Part shown: positions 18,932 through 28,834 of the stretch, piece after piece | How the letters are laid out: each line of letters opens with the position of its first letter | How positions within the stretch are numbered: position 1 is the first letter of the stretch | Origin: Bdellovibrionales bacterium | Lineage (GTDB): Bacteria; Bdellovibrionota; Bdellovibrionia; Bdellovibrionales; UBA1609 | Assembly (NCBI GenBank): GCA_965205945.1 | Contig: CBDBIB010000001.1 | Coordinates: 512,001 to 576,000 of the forward strand | Length of the DNA stretch: 64,000 nt | Direction of reading: 5' to 3' | Position numbers and translations under genes: made by a program | The notes under the pieces: generated by a model | What the model saw: the letters and a program-made list of their open reading frames with translations, nothing else | The model's database searches: none | Told to the model about the DNA's origin: nothing

Positions 18932-21700
18932 ATGGCAGCGCTAGATTTTAAAAATTCTGAGTCTATTTTAAAAAGAGTTCATTACCTTACAAACCAAATG
19001 ATTTTTATGGCCAATAATGATCGTAAAAAATCTAAAGGTGACCCTAAGGTTGGCGGTCATTCTTCTGGTAGTTCAAGTGCTCTGCATATTATGGGAGCTT
19101 TACACCTTTATGTAAAATCTGGCTTTGACCACATTGCCAACAAACCCCATGCCTCCCCAGTAGACCACTCATTCAACTATCTTTTAAATTTATTCTTAAA
19201 AGACGATCTAAGCAAAATGCCACTTTGCGACTGCAATATAGCTATGTCAAATCTTAGGGCTTTTTCACAAAAAGAAGAGCCCGTTTTTCAATCTTATCAC
19301 TCCATATTTGACCCTGATCATCATAACTTTTTTCCTTCAGGTACTGTTGGAATACCTCCAGTAAATGCTGGCTATTTAGCTCTTGCCTACAGATATGCTA
19401 AAAGTCATGGCTACAATGTGCCTGATGCACATTTTTGGTCCTTAATTGGAGATGCTGAATTTAGAGAAGGCTCTTTGTTTGAAGCCGTTCCTGATTTTGC
19501 AGAAAGAGAACTTGGAAACTTAACTTGGATTGTTGACTACAACAGACAAAGTCTTGATGGGCATAGAATAATCAACAAAGAAGTCCTTGGTGGAACAGAC
19601 GCAGCCCGTATTTCACAAACAATGAGCACTAACGGCTGGGAGGTAATTCAACTTCAACACGGCACTAAAAGACTAGAGCTTTTTAAAACAAAAAATGGCA
19701 AATCTTTTAAAGAATTCTTAGAAAATTCTTTAGATGACTACTCTTTACAATCTTTACTTTTAATTAAAGAACCAAAAAAACTTACTTCAAACTTAGAAAA
19801 AGATTTTCCAAAGCTTAAGCCTTTCTTAAAAGAAAATAACGCTAAACTTATTTGGAAAGCTCTTCGCTCCTTTGGTGGTCACGATTTAAAACAACTTACA
19901 AGTGCTCTGTTAAAGTCAAAAGCATCTACAAACCGACCTACTATAATCATTGCCCACACCCTTAAAGGCTGGGGGCTAGAGATGCAAGCACAAGCTGGAA
20001 ACCACTCAGCACTTCCATTAAGAGATGAAATGAAAACCCTTCGTATAAATTCAGGGCTAAAAGAAGATGAACTTTTTAAAAAATTTGAGGACAGTTCTCC
20101 TGAAGGAATTTTTTTAAAAAAAAGAAGTGATCAGCTCTATAAAAATATTAAAAAACAACATGAAATCAAAGAGGCAAACACTTTAAAGTTTAGAAAAGAA
20201 ATTGGTGAAAATATTCCTCATTCTTTAAATATCAACTTAAAAATGGCAAGTTACCCTCACACACAGTGGATGCTTGGACAGCTCACCTCAAAACTTACAA
20301 GAATTGCAAACACCCCTAAAAAAGATTTAAATGATTCAGAAAAACTTTGGAAAACAGCTTCTGAGTTAATGGTTTCTATGGCGCCCGATGTTGGAACCAG
20401 TACAAACCTAAGCACTTTAATGAATGGTAAAATTTTTGAAGCCTTAAACCTAACAGATAAAGAAACTGACTACGGTGTGAAAGATCAAAAATCTCCAAAT
20501 TTAATTCCAGGACAGAGCATATCCCACAGGTTTTTAAGGTTTGAAATTGCTGAAGCTAACGCTATGTCGTGCCAAGGTTCTTTTGGAAAGATAAGAGATA
20601 TTTTAGGAATACCATTGATACCTTTAATGACTATTTATGATTTTTTCTTAAAGCGCGCACATGATCAGTTTTTTTATAACCTTTATTGGAAATCTAGCTT
20701 TATAGCTGTTGGAACACCTTCTGGCGTTACACTTTCTCCTGAAGGCGCCCAGCACGGATGGAAATCTGATTTTCAAATTCCAAACCAAACAACATGGGAG
20801 CCCTTCTTCTGCCAAGAGCTTGATTGGATTCTCTGCCACTCACTTAAAGAACATTTTAACAATACAAACCATGAAAAAACTGGTGTTCTTATTAGAGGTG
20901 TTACAAGAGGAGTCGAACAAAAAGATCTTCTTAAGTACCTTAAAAAACAAAAAAGATTTAAAACTGATCAAAGCGGAGAGCTAAATTTTAAAGACTCTGG
21001 AATAAACGGCGGCCTTGATGAGGCTAAAGTTTCAACATTATCTGAAACTGAAATATTTAAAACTTTAAGACAAGAGGTTTTAGCTGGAGCATACAAACTA
21101 ATAGACTACAGTGGTTACAAAGGTTATGAGCCTGGAGATAATGTTGTAAATATCTTTTCTCTAGGCTCTTTAACAACTGAGACCATTAAAGCTTCTAACA
21201 AACTCCTTAAAAAAGGTATTTATGCAAACGTTATTGTCACCACAAACACTGACTTACTAGCAGGAAACCTTGCCCATAAAAATAACTATTATTATTTAAA
21301 ACAATACCTTAAAATCAATGGTGATCTTCACCTAACTTTAAAAAATTCAACCCTTAAAGATGACGACACTTTTACAGTTTCTGGAAGGCGTATTCCAATA
21401 GTAAGTGTTCATGACGGTGAGCCTGGTTTATTAGACAACTTAGGCTCTATCGTAGGTGTGAAGCATGAAGCTCTTGCAGTAAGAAAGCACTCTAAGTGTG
21501 GTCAGCCGGAAGATATCTACGCTTACCATGGAATTAACTCTCATTCAGTTGTTAAAGCCTGTGGAAAAGTTTTAGGAGAAACAGCACTAGAAGATGTGAA
21601 AGTTTCTAAAGAAATTTTAAAAACATTAAAAACATCTAGTGTGACAAGTGTTAAAGAAAATTGGGAAAATTTGTGGCCAAACAACACTAATAAGCATTAA
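18932..21700 (+). CDS. aceE: Pyruvate dehydrogenase E1, homodimeric AceE-like (TPP-dependent)
   Basis: VGGH.S, FQSYH, GDAE..EG, YNRQSLD, AHTLKGWG, PEGAQH. Confidence 0.75.
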   Translation: MAALDFKNSESILKRVHYLTNQMIFMANNDRKKSKGDPKVGGHSSGSSSALHIMGALHLYVKSGFDHIANKPHASPVDHSFNYLLNLFLKDDLSKMPLCDCNIAMSNLRAFSQKEEPVFQSYHSIFDPDHHNFFPSGTVGIPPVNAGYLALAYRYAKSHGYNVPDAHFWSLIGDAEFREGSLFEAVPDFAERELGNLTWIVDYNRQSLDGHRIINKEVLGGTDAARISQTMSTNGWEVIQLQHGTKRLELFKTKNGKSFKEFLENSLDDYSLQSLLLIKEPKKLTSNLEKDFPKLKPFLKENNAKLIWKALRSFGGHDLKQLTSALLKSKASTNRPTIIIAHTLKGWGLEMQAQAGNHSALPLRDEMKTLRINSGLKEDELFKKFEDSSPEGIFLKKRSDQLYKNIKKQHEIKEANTLKFRKEIGENIPHSLNINLKMASYPHTQWMLGQLTSKLTRIANTPKKDLNDSEKLWKTASELMVSMAPDVGTSTNLSTLMNGKIFEALNLTDKETDYGVKDQKSPNLIPGQSISHRFLRFEIAEANAMSCQGSFGKIRDILGIPLIPLMTIYDFFLKRAHDQFFYNLYWKSSFIAVGTPSGVTLSPEGAQHGWKSDFQIPNQTTWEPFFCQELDWILCHSLKEHFNNTNHEKTGVLIRGVTRGVEQKDLLKYLKKQKRFKTDQSGELNFKDSGINGGLDEAKVSTLSETEIFKTLRQEVLAGAYKLIDYSGYKGYEPGDNVVNIFSLGSLTTETIKASNKLLKKGIYANVIVTTNTDLLAGNLAHKNNYYYLKQYLKINGDLHLTLKNSTLKDDDTFTVSGRRIPIVSVHDGEPGLLDNLGSIVGVKHEALAVRKHSKCGQPEDIYAYHGINSHSVVKACGKVLGETALEDVKVSKEILKTLKTSSVTSVKENWENLWPNNTNKH

Positions 21701-21709
21701 AACCTAAAG

Positions 21710-22366
21710 CTAATTTTTAATCCCAATACTCATACCTTGAAGTGTTGGAAGCATCATACCTGTATACTCGCCACTTGCACCCCCTAAAATCAAATTAAAC
21801 TCTTTCATTTTAAGCCAAGTATTTTTAGAATAATTTTCCGGAGGTTTATCACTTAAAACATGGTCAAACAAAAATGTATTATCACCAACTACAACCGCTC
21901 CTTTTGATAAATAAGGCCCCGCTAATTTTAAATACTTTAAGTAGTTTCCTTTATCAGCATCTATGAATAAAAAATCTATTTTTTTTTTCTTATTCCAATT
22001 TTCTAAAAAACATGAACCACTTAAATGAACCAATTCAACTTGCCCACACTTATTGTGAGCACTAATATTATTTCTAGCTTTATCAAAGTTTTCCTTAGAG
22101 TTTTCTACAGACCAAATCTTAGTTTTAGAGCCCACTCCTTCTAAAAGCCAGTTTAAAGAATAACCGTAAAGAGTGCCTAGTTCTACAATATTTAATGGTT
22201 TAGCTAAACGTACAAGTTGACTAAGAATTTTTCCTTCATAAGAACTTACCTGTATGGCTTTATTATCCATTTCAAGTTGTTTTGCTATGTTCTTCATCAT
22301 TTCTGTTTCTATAGCAAATATATCTTCTATGTACCTAATTCTTGCTGAAACCTCAATAGACTTCAC
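21710..22366 (-). CDS. O-methyltransferase (caffeoyl-CoA/TrmR-like)
   Basis: VELGTLYGYS, FIDADKGNY, GDN. Confidence 0.9.
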   Translation of the reverse strand: MKSIEVSARIRYIEDIFAIETEMMKNIAKQLEMDNKAIQVSSYEGKILSQLVRLAKPLNIVELGTLYGYSLNWLLEGVGSKTKIWSVENSKENFDKARNNISAHNKCGQVELVHLSGSCFLENWNKKKKIDFLFIDADKGNYLKYLKLAGPYLSKGAVVVGDNTFLFDHVLSDKPPENYSKNTWLKMKEFNLILGGASGEYTGMMLPTLQGMSIGIKN

Positions 22367-22467
22367 AGCTCTCCTTACATGATAAGCTTTGTATTTTATA
22401 ATATTTTTGAATATAAAGAAACTTATTATATAAAGTTAAAATACTGCTTTAAAAAAGGGGTTAAACC

Positions 22468-24195
22468 ATGAGTGCTCAATTAGAAGTCAGAGATTTAGTG
22501 GTGAGCTTTAAAACTGATGAAACCACTATAAATGCTGTAAAAAAAATCTCATTCAATATCCCAAAAGGTAAAACAGTTGGGCTTGTTGGAGAGTCTGGCT
22601 CTGGTAAAAGCGTCACCTCATTAGCAACCATGAGACTTATCCCCACACCTCCGGGTAAAATAACAGGGGGCAAGATTTTTTTTAACGGTACAGACCTTTT
22701 AAAGCTTTCAGAGCCTGAGATGAGAAAAATTCGTGGAAAAAAGATTTCAATGATTTTCCAAGAACCTATGACAAGTTTAAACCCTGTGTTTACAGTTGGT
22801 GATCAAGTTGCAGAAACCCTCATGCTCCATGAAAACTTAAACAAAGAAGACGCTTTAAAACAAACAGCAAAACTTTTTAATCAAGTTGGAATACCTGACC
22901 CCCAAATGCGTATTGCTAGCTATCCCCATCAAATGAGTGGTGGACAAAGACAACGTGTAATGATCGCAATGGCCATTGCATGCTCTCCAGATATTCTCAT
23001 TGCTGATGAGCCCACAACAGCATTAGATGTTACGATTCAAAAACAAATTCTAGACTTAATGGCTAATATTCAAAAGAAATTTAATATGAGTATTTTATTC
23101 ATCACTCATGATCTTGGTGTAATTGCAGACATTGCTGATGAGGTGATTGTCATGTATAAAGGTGATCTTGTTGAGAAAGGAACTACTGAACAAATCTTTA
23201 CAAATCCTCAACACCCCTACACAAAGGGGCTTTTAGCCTGCCGCCCATCTTTAGAATCTAACCCTAAAAGACTTCCCATGGTTTCTGACTTCATGAATCC
23301 TGATGGCAGTGAGATTAAAAATTCTATAACCGCTAAAAAAATTGAAAAATTCACACGATCAATTAGTGAAGAAAAAAACCCTGTACTTTTAGAAGTTAAA
23401 AACCTTGAAAAACACTTTCCATTGAAAAAAAATTTTTTTGGAAAACCTCTAACATTTATAAAAGCTGTAGACGATGTGACCCTTAATGTTAGAAAAGGTC
23501 GAACACTCGGTTTAGTTGGTGAATCAGGTTGTGGAAAAACCACTTTAGGAAGAACAATCCTTAAGCTTATTGAGCCCACGTCTGGAGATATAATCTATAA
23601 AGGAAGAAATCTTGTAAACCTTCCTAAAAAAGAAATGCGTGACTTAAGACGTGACCTACAAATTATCTTTCAAGATCCCTATGCCTCCTTAAACCCGAGA
23701 ATGACCATAGGCTCTGCAATCATGGAACCTATGATTATCCACAAACTTTCTAAAAATAAAGAAGAACGAGTTCAAAGAACTAAAGAGCTTCTTGTTAAGG
23801 TTGGTCTAGATGAATCATTTATCAATAGATACCCCCACGAGTTTTCAGGAGGTCAAAGGCAAAGAATCTGTATTGCCAGGGCTTTAGCAGTTAACCCTGA
23901 ATTCATAATTTGTGATGAATCTGTTTCCGCGCTTGATGTTTCCGTACAATCACAGATTTTAAACCTTTTTTTAGATCTTCAAGAAGAAATGGGACTTACA
24001 TATATCTTTATCTCCCATGATTTAGCCGTAGTTAAATTTATTGCTGATGAGATTGCTGTTATGAACAATGGTAAGGTTGTTGAACTTGCTGATTGCATTT
24101 CAATTTATGAAAACCCACAAGAAGAATATACAAAAAAATTATTATCTGCCATTCCTAAAGGAGTTCCAAAAACTCTCACTCAGCCACATATTTAA
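22468..24195 (+). CDS. Peptide ABC transporter ATP-binding protein with two fused NBDs
   Basis: Two Walker A motifs (GESGSGKS, GESGCGKT), two SGGQRQR signatures, HPYT. Confidence 0.93.
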   Translation: MSAQLEVRDLVVSFKTDETTINAVKKISFNIPKGKTVGLVGESGSGKSVTSLATMRLIPTPPGKITGGKIFFNGTDLLKLSEPEMRKIRGKKISMIFQEPMTSLNPVFTVGDQVAETLMLHENLNKEDALKQTAKLFNQVGIPDPQMRIASYPHQMSGGQRQRVMIAMAIACSPDILIADEPTTALDVTIQKQILDLMANIQKKFNMSILFITHDLGVIADIADEVIVMYKGDLVEKGTTEQIFTNPQHPYTKGLLACRPSLESNPKRLPMVSDFMNPDGSEIKNSITAKKIEKFTRSISEEKNPVLLEVKNLEKHFPLKKNFFGKPLTFIKAVDDVTLNVRKGRTLGLVGESGCGKTTLGRTILKLIEPTSGDIIYKGRNLVNLPKKEMRDLRRDLQIIFQDPYASLNPRMTIGSAIMEPMIIHKLSKNKEERVQRTKELLVKVGLDESFINRYPHEFSGGQRQRICIARALAVNPEFIICDESVSALDVSVQSQILNLFLDLQEEMGLTYIFISHDLAVVKFIADEIAVMNNGKVVELADCISIYENPQEEYTKKLLSAIPKGVPKTLTQPHI

Positions 24196-24196
24196 A

Positions 24197-24685
24197 CTAG
24201 AGCAGCCGTTTAAGCTTCTTTCTTAAAACACTAAGCTCAAAAGGTTTTGTAAGGTAATCACTAGCACCAACTTTCTTACCTTTTGCAATATCAAGCTCGC
24301 TATTTCTACCTGATATAAAAATCAATGGAATATCTTTTAAATCTTCATTTTTCTTTAAAATTTGTGCAAGCTCATAACCATCAATCCATGGCAAGCCTAC
24401 ATCTAAAAGTATCACATCTATTGGATCTGAACCTAAAACTTCACTCAACTGTGTTCCATCTAAGGAGGCTGTAACCTTATAGCCTTCACGCTTTAAAAAT
24501 TTAACCATGGCATATCTAAAAGAATCATCATCATCAATTAAAAGAATATGAAACAGCGTTTTATTTTTTTTTATTCTTTGAAACTCACTTAAGGAAATAA
24601 CTTTTTTAGATTTTACTCTTTCTTTCGTTATTTTTTCAATTTCATCAACTAAACTTTCTACGTTAATTTTTTTTCGATCACTCAT
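24197..24685 (-). CDS. Single-domain response regulator with N-terminal extension
   Basis: ILLIDDD, LLDVGLP, FISG, YLTKPF. Confidence 0.9.
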   Translation of the reverse strand: MSDRKKINVESLVDEIEKITKERVKSKKVISLSEFQRIKKNKTLFHILLIDDDDSFRYAMVKFLKREGYKVTASLDGTQLSEVLGSDPIDVILLDVGLPWIDGYELAQILKKNEDLKDIPLIFISGRNSELDIAKGKKVGASDYLTKPFELSVLRKKLKRLL

Positions 24686-24765
24686 TTACAGTGCCCTCGC
24701 TAAAGCACATACAGTCTTATATACTTTTAAGAAAAAAACTACTTAGACCAGACCCAAGGAGTGCT

Positions 24766-25704
24766 TTAAAGGCCTTGATCCTCTAACCAACGCTCTGACT
24801 CAATTGCCGCCATACAACCAGTTCCTGCAGCCGTAACCGCCTGTCTATAATAACGATCCTGGACATCACCACAAGCGTAAACTCCCTTGACGTTAGTTTT
24901 AGTTGTCCCCGGTTTTATTACAAGATATCCAAGCTCATCTGTATCTAACTGCTTATTAAGAAAACCAGTATTGGGCTTATGCCCAATGGCAATAAAAATT
25001 CCCTCTAAAGCAATCTCTGAGTCTTTATTAGTTTTACTATTATACAGTTTTGCATGAGTAACCCCATGGTCATTACCTAAAATCTCTTTAAGCTCTGAAT
25101 TCCAATGAATTTTAATTTTTTTATGAGCCTTCACACGGCCAGCCATAATCTTTGATGCCCTAAACTCCTCCCTTCTATGAACCACATGAACTTTTGTGGC
25201 AAATCTTGTTAAAAAAAGAGCTTCCTCCATTGCCGTGTCACCACCACCAATTACAGCAACTTCTACATTTTGAAAAAAAGCTCCATCACACGTTGCACAA
25301 GCTGAAACACCTTTATTCATAAATTTTTTCTCAGACTCTAAGCCTAAATATTTTGCACTTGCCCCTGTACTAATTATCAAAACTCTAGCAAGATACTGCT
25401 CCTCATCAACCCACACTTTAAACGGCTGAGCAGATAAATCTACTTTTGTAACATTCTTTGAAATAAAACGAGTGCCAAACCTTGCAGCTTGTTTTTTTGT
25501 AACATCCATTAACTCAGGACCTGAAATTCCATTTGTAAATCCAGGATAATTTTCAACCTCTGTAGTGGTCATCAACTGACCACCTACTTCTTCACCTTCA
25601 ATCATAAGAGGGTTTAGATTTGCACGAGCTGAATAAATAGCTGCTGTTAAGCCTGCTGGCCCAGATCCAATAATTATAACATTTTCTACTTTAGCATCAT
25701 TCAT
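24766..25704 (-). CDS. trxB: Thioredoxin-disulfide reductase
   Basis: GSGPAG, SACATCDG, GGGDTA, HRR, ACGDV. Confidence 0.97.
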   Translation of the reverse strand: MNDAKVENVIIIGSGPAGLTAAIYSARANLNPLMIEGEEVGGQLMTTTEVENYPGFTNGISGPELMDVTKKQAARFGTRFISKNVTKVDLSAQPFKVWVDEEQYLARVLIISTGASAKYLGLESEKKFMNKGVSACATCDGAFFQNVEVAVIGGGDTAMEEALFLTRFATKVHVVHRREEFRASKIMAGRVKAHKKIKIHWNSELKEILGNDHGVTHAKLYNSKTNKDSEIALEGIFIAIGHKPNTGFLNKQLDTDELGYLVIKPGTTKTNVKGVYACGDVQDRYYRQAVTAAGTGCMAAIESERWLEDQGL

Positions 25705-26077
25705 AAAGTTTCCTTTTACTTAAAGTTTTTCATTTTAAATCAATATCATATTTAAAATTCTTCAATCAATGAAAATCACTTCATATTAAATTTTCCTTTT
25801 AAACTCTCTAGTTTTTTTTAAAGCCACTTTATAAGCTTATATGCAACCTCTCTAGACTTAAGTACTAGACTTAAAACCTCTTAGCCCTAGGCTAAGTTCA
25901 TATATAAAGAGCTAAATATTTAAATTTCAAGACTTTTCTTCTCCATTGATAAAAGACTTTTTTTGCCTATGAATCACTAATACTTCTGGTTAAGTGTTGA
26001 TCTTTCTAAAATGGCAAGACTAATGTAAATAAAAAATTCATTATATTTTCTTACAATCAACTCAATAGGCTTGCACC

Positions 26078-26227
26078 GTAGGGGTAAAATAATTTACTTA
26101 ATAAGCCCATTTATGACTTAAAAAAAAATTACCGTAAGGCCTGTCACCAGAAATATAAAATATGGCATCAGCCTTATGACCATAAATAAGCCCCATTACC
26201 TTTTTAACAGTGTCCTTTTACCCCCAC
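26078..26227 (-). ncRNA. Candidate ~150-nt rod-shaped structured RNA
   Basis: Nested helices found by hand: GTGGGGGTAAAA/TTTTACCCCTAC; TAATGGGGCTTATTTATGG/TCATAAATGGGCTTATTA; TAAGGC/GCCTTA; TGCCA/TGGTG; G-U pairs favour the minus strand. Confidence 0.45.
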
Positions 26228-26435
26228 TAAATTTTTAAGACTTTTTAAATATCCTAAAATATCCGGATATTGGGTTAAAAACCCAAAGCCCCAACCCTTA
26301 AAAAAACTCCTAGAGCAAAGGTTTAAAGATTGCTAAATTGCTATACAAATATGTAGTCATTTCAAAAGCTTTTTAAATGTTTGAAATTTTATAAAATTTT
26401 AACTTAATCTGAATTAAAATTATAGGGATTATATT

Positions 26436-28091
26436 ATGTATACTAAATTATTAATGTTTATCATACTGGCTCTTTTTACAGCCTGCGCGCCATCTAACTC
26501 AATAAAAGATACTTGGCCTGGAATAGATGATGAAAGCTTTAAACTAAAAAATAATATCTCTACTCTATCTAATAATAACCTCGATGTCTTTTCTTTTACA
26601 ACCCAGATTCTTTTACCGAAAATGGGTGCTGATGTCAGCTACACTATCACATCAACGTGTACACGCATTCTGCCCATAGCGTCCACAAAAAAAATGCTTT
26701 ATAGCAAAACTACTGTTTATCCTGCTACTAAATTTAAAAACCCTTTACATTTACAAACCTTTGAACATCTTCCAGAAGAAATGATTATTTTTCCAAAACA
26801 TTTTTCAAAATGTGACTTTAAATTAAATGCTAAAAATCAAAACAGCTCCACGGACTCTGCTCTTTTAAAAAACCAAGTTTTTAAAATTCTACCTAATGAG
26901 CATCATCTTTCTATAGCTAGAACTAGAAAACAACAAACTCAAAAAAAAACCGCTCTGCCTTTAAAAACAGAACTTTTTAAATTCATAGTCAGATCCTTAG
27001 ATTCTAAGCGTATAAAGAACCTAGAAACTATCTGTTATACAAACAAAATTAAGTTTAAAAAAACGCCTAAAATAAATCATTCCCAACTTAATGCCAATAG
27101 AATTTTATTTCCCAAAGAAACTAAAGATTTTCCTTTAGAGTACTGTAGGCTTAAGGCTGTCTTAATAAATACCAAAAAAATTGTGTTCTCACCTGTCTTT
27201 AAATTTATTAATAGAGAGCATCTGCCTATTATTAAAACCTCTGAAAATTTAAAAATTCCTCCCTCCCCCTCATCAAAAGTAGGAATTTCTTATAATAGCA
27301 GTTCATTTATTGACATCTTAGCATTATTTAAAATTAACTTCATAAACACTTCTAATAAAGATAGTCTTCAAATACGCATCCACGCAGAAGACAGTATACA
27401 AAATATTTTTCTAATCAATACTCTTAAATACATATCAAACACTTATAATAGATCCGTAACTAAATACTTTTACCGCCCTAACTTTAAACCCGTAAGTACT
27501 TACTTTGCCTGGGTAGTTCCTAAAACTGGAAATACAACGTCCATTATAAAACTTAAACCAAAAAAAATGCAAACATTAGAATTTAAAGCTTTTCCATCTT
27601 TTAAATGTTCGAATAACCACAAGGAGCTTGGATTTGTAATTGCCCCTGAAAAGAATAATCCTCTTTTTAATTACTCTTTAATAAACAAAAATGATTTCAT
27701 ATCAGAGGCTATATACACTAAAAACATTTTATTCAACACCAACCTTAAAATCAATGTTAATAACATACCAATTCAAATTTTAAAACCGTTCTTAAACTCC
27801 TCAGAATTTCAACTGTATTTTAGAAATCAAAACGTTCTACCTAATCGAAATATTGATTTTGTATCGACACGTCACCAATCCTATGAAAAAGTGAAAAGGG
27901 TTATATTTACAGGCCCTTTGAAAGACTATAATCTATATCCTCCACCTAAAGAATATCCTCTTGTTTTTAATGCCTATGTTAAAAAAGATACCACAAAATG
28001 CACACCTTTAAGAACCATTCAAAAAGATGGTGTATCCCCAGATGGAGAACCTATTTTACAGCCTTTAGAAAACAGATCCGTTGATCTTTAG
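26436..28091 (+). CDS. Hypothetical Lys-rich lipoprotein
   Basis: 551-aa ORF with lipobox-like LFTAC; no recognised domain. Confidence 0.7.
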   Translation: MYTKLLMFIILALFTACAPSNSIKDTWPGIDDESFKLKNNISTLSNNNLDVFSFTTQILLPKMGADVSYTITSTCTRILPIASTKKMLYSKTTVYPATKFKNPLHLQTFEHLPEEMIIFPKHFSKCDFKLNAKNQNSSTDSALLKNQVFKILPNEHHLSIARTRKQQTQKKTALPLKTELFKFIVRSLDSKRIKNLETICYTNKIKFKKTPKINHSQLNANRILFPKETKDFPLEYCRLKAVLINTKKIVFSPVFKFINREHLPIIKTSENLKIPPSPSSKVGISYNSSSFIDILALFKINFINTSNKDSLQIRIHAEDSIQNIFLINTLKYISNTYNRSVTKYFYRPNFKPVSTYFAWVVPKTGNTTSIIKLKPKKMQTLEFKAFPSFKCSNNHKELGFVIAPEKNNPLFNYSLINKNDFISEAIYTKNILFNTNLKINVNNIPIQILKPFLNSSEFQLYFRNQNVLPNRNIDFVSTRHQSYEKVKRVIFTGPLKDYNLYPPPKEYPLVFNAYVKKDTTKCTPLRTIQKDGVSPDGEPILQPLENRSVDL

Positions 28092-28743
28092 ATAAGGCTA
28101 CTTCTTCAAAATGAGTCACAAAATTTGTAATTATTTTTTCTGAATTATGTAAATCTCTTGTTACAAAGTTTACTTTAAATCTTGAATTATTAAATAAAAC
28201 CTGTGACCAATCAAAATAGTTCCTATCATCTGTTTTAAATTCTACAAATGATTCTGACTTCATAAGAGTATAAAGCTCGTCTAAAAATTGTGTTTGTATC
28301 AACCTATGTTTCCAATGTTTTTTTTTAGGCCATGGGTCTGGATGATGAATATAAACATTATTAATTTCTTCTGAATTAAAAATATCTATTATCCCACTAG
28401 CATTAAACCTGCACATGTATGCATTATTTTTAGCACCTGCCTGTAACGCTCTATTAATAGACTGAATCAAGGGTTTATACTTAATTTCAAAACCTAGAAG
28501 GCCTCTATGTAAATTTTTAGAAGAACGGTCTGCAAAGTGATAACCATTGCCTGTGCCTATTTCAATATCTAAAGGGTAATTTTCCTCCTTTTTAAACACC
28601 TTAGATCTCCATAAACCTTTAAATTCTAAAGCTTTTTCTTGATCAAAAGCTTTATCAGACATCTTTCCAAGTAGCATTTGCGCATACATATTAGGTTTTA
28701 AAAGATCCGATGTTTTAGTTAATCTTGCTCTACAACCTTTCAC
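28051..28743 (-). CDS. trmB: tRNA (guanine-N7)-methyltransferase
   Basis: IEIGTGNG, PDPWPKKKHWKHRL, FKTD, THFE. Confidence 0.95.
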   Translation of the reverse strand: MKGCRARLTKTSDLLKPNMYAQMLLGKMSDKAFDQEKALEFKGLWRSKVFKKEENYPLDIEIGTGNGYHFADRSSKNLHRGLLGFEIKYKPLIQSINRALQAGAKNNAYMCRFNASGIIDIFNSEEINNVYIHHPDPWPKKKHWKHRLIQTQFLDELYTLMKSESFVEFKTDDRNYFDWSQVLFNNSRFKVNFVTRDLHNSEKIITNFVTHFEEVALSKDQRICFLKAVK

Positions 28744-28834
28744 ACACCTTACTCCTTAACGCAGACTAGATAGCCTATACTTAAGCGATTTAACAAATTA
28801 CTTTTGAATAAACAAACTTAAATAAGGGTATTTT

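Noticed and set aside
25853..25896. Short direct repeat CTAGACTTAA x2 and hairpin CTTAGCC-CTA-GGCTAAG upstream of trxB
   Set aside because: Too short to exceed chance in AT-rich DNA without comparative support
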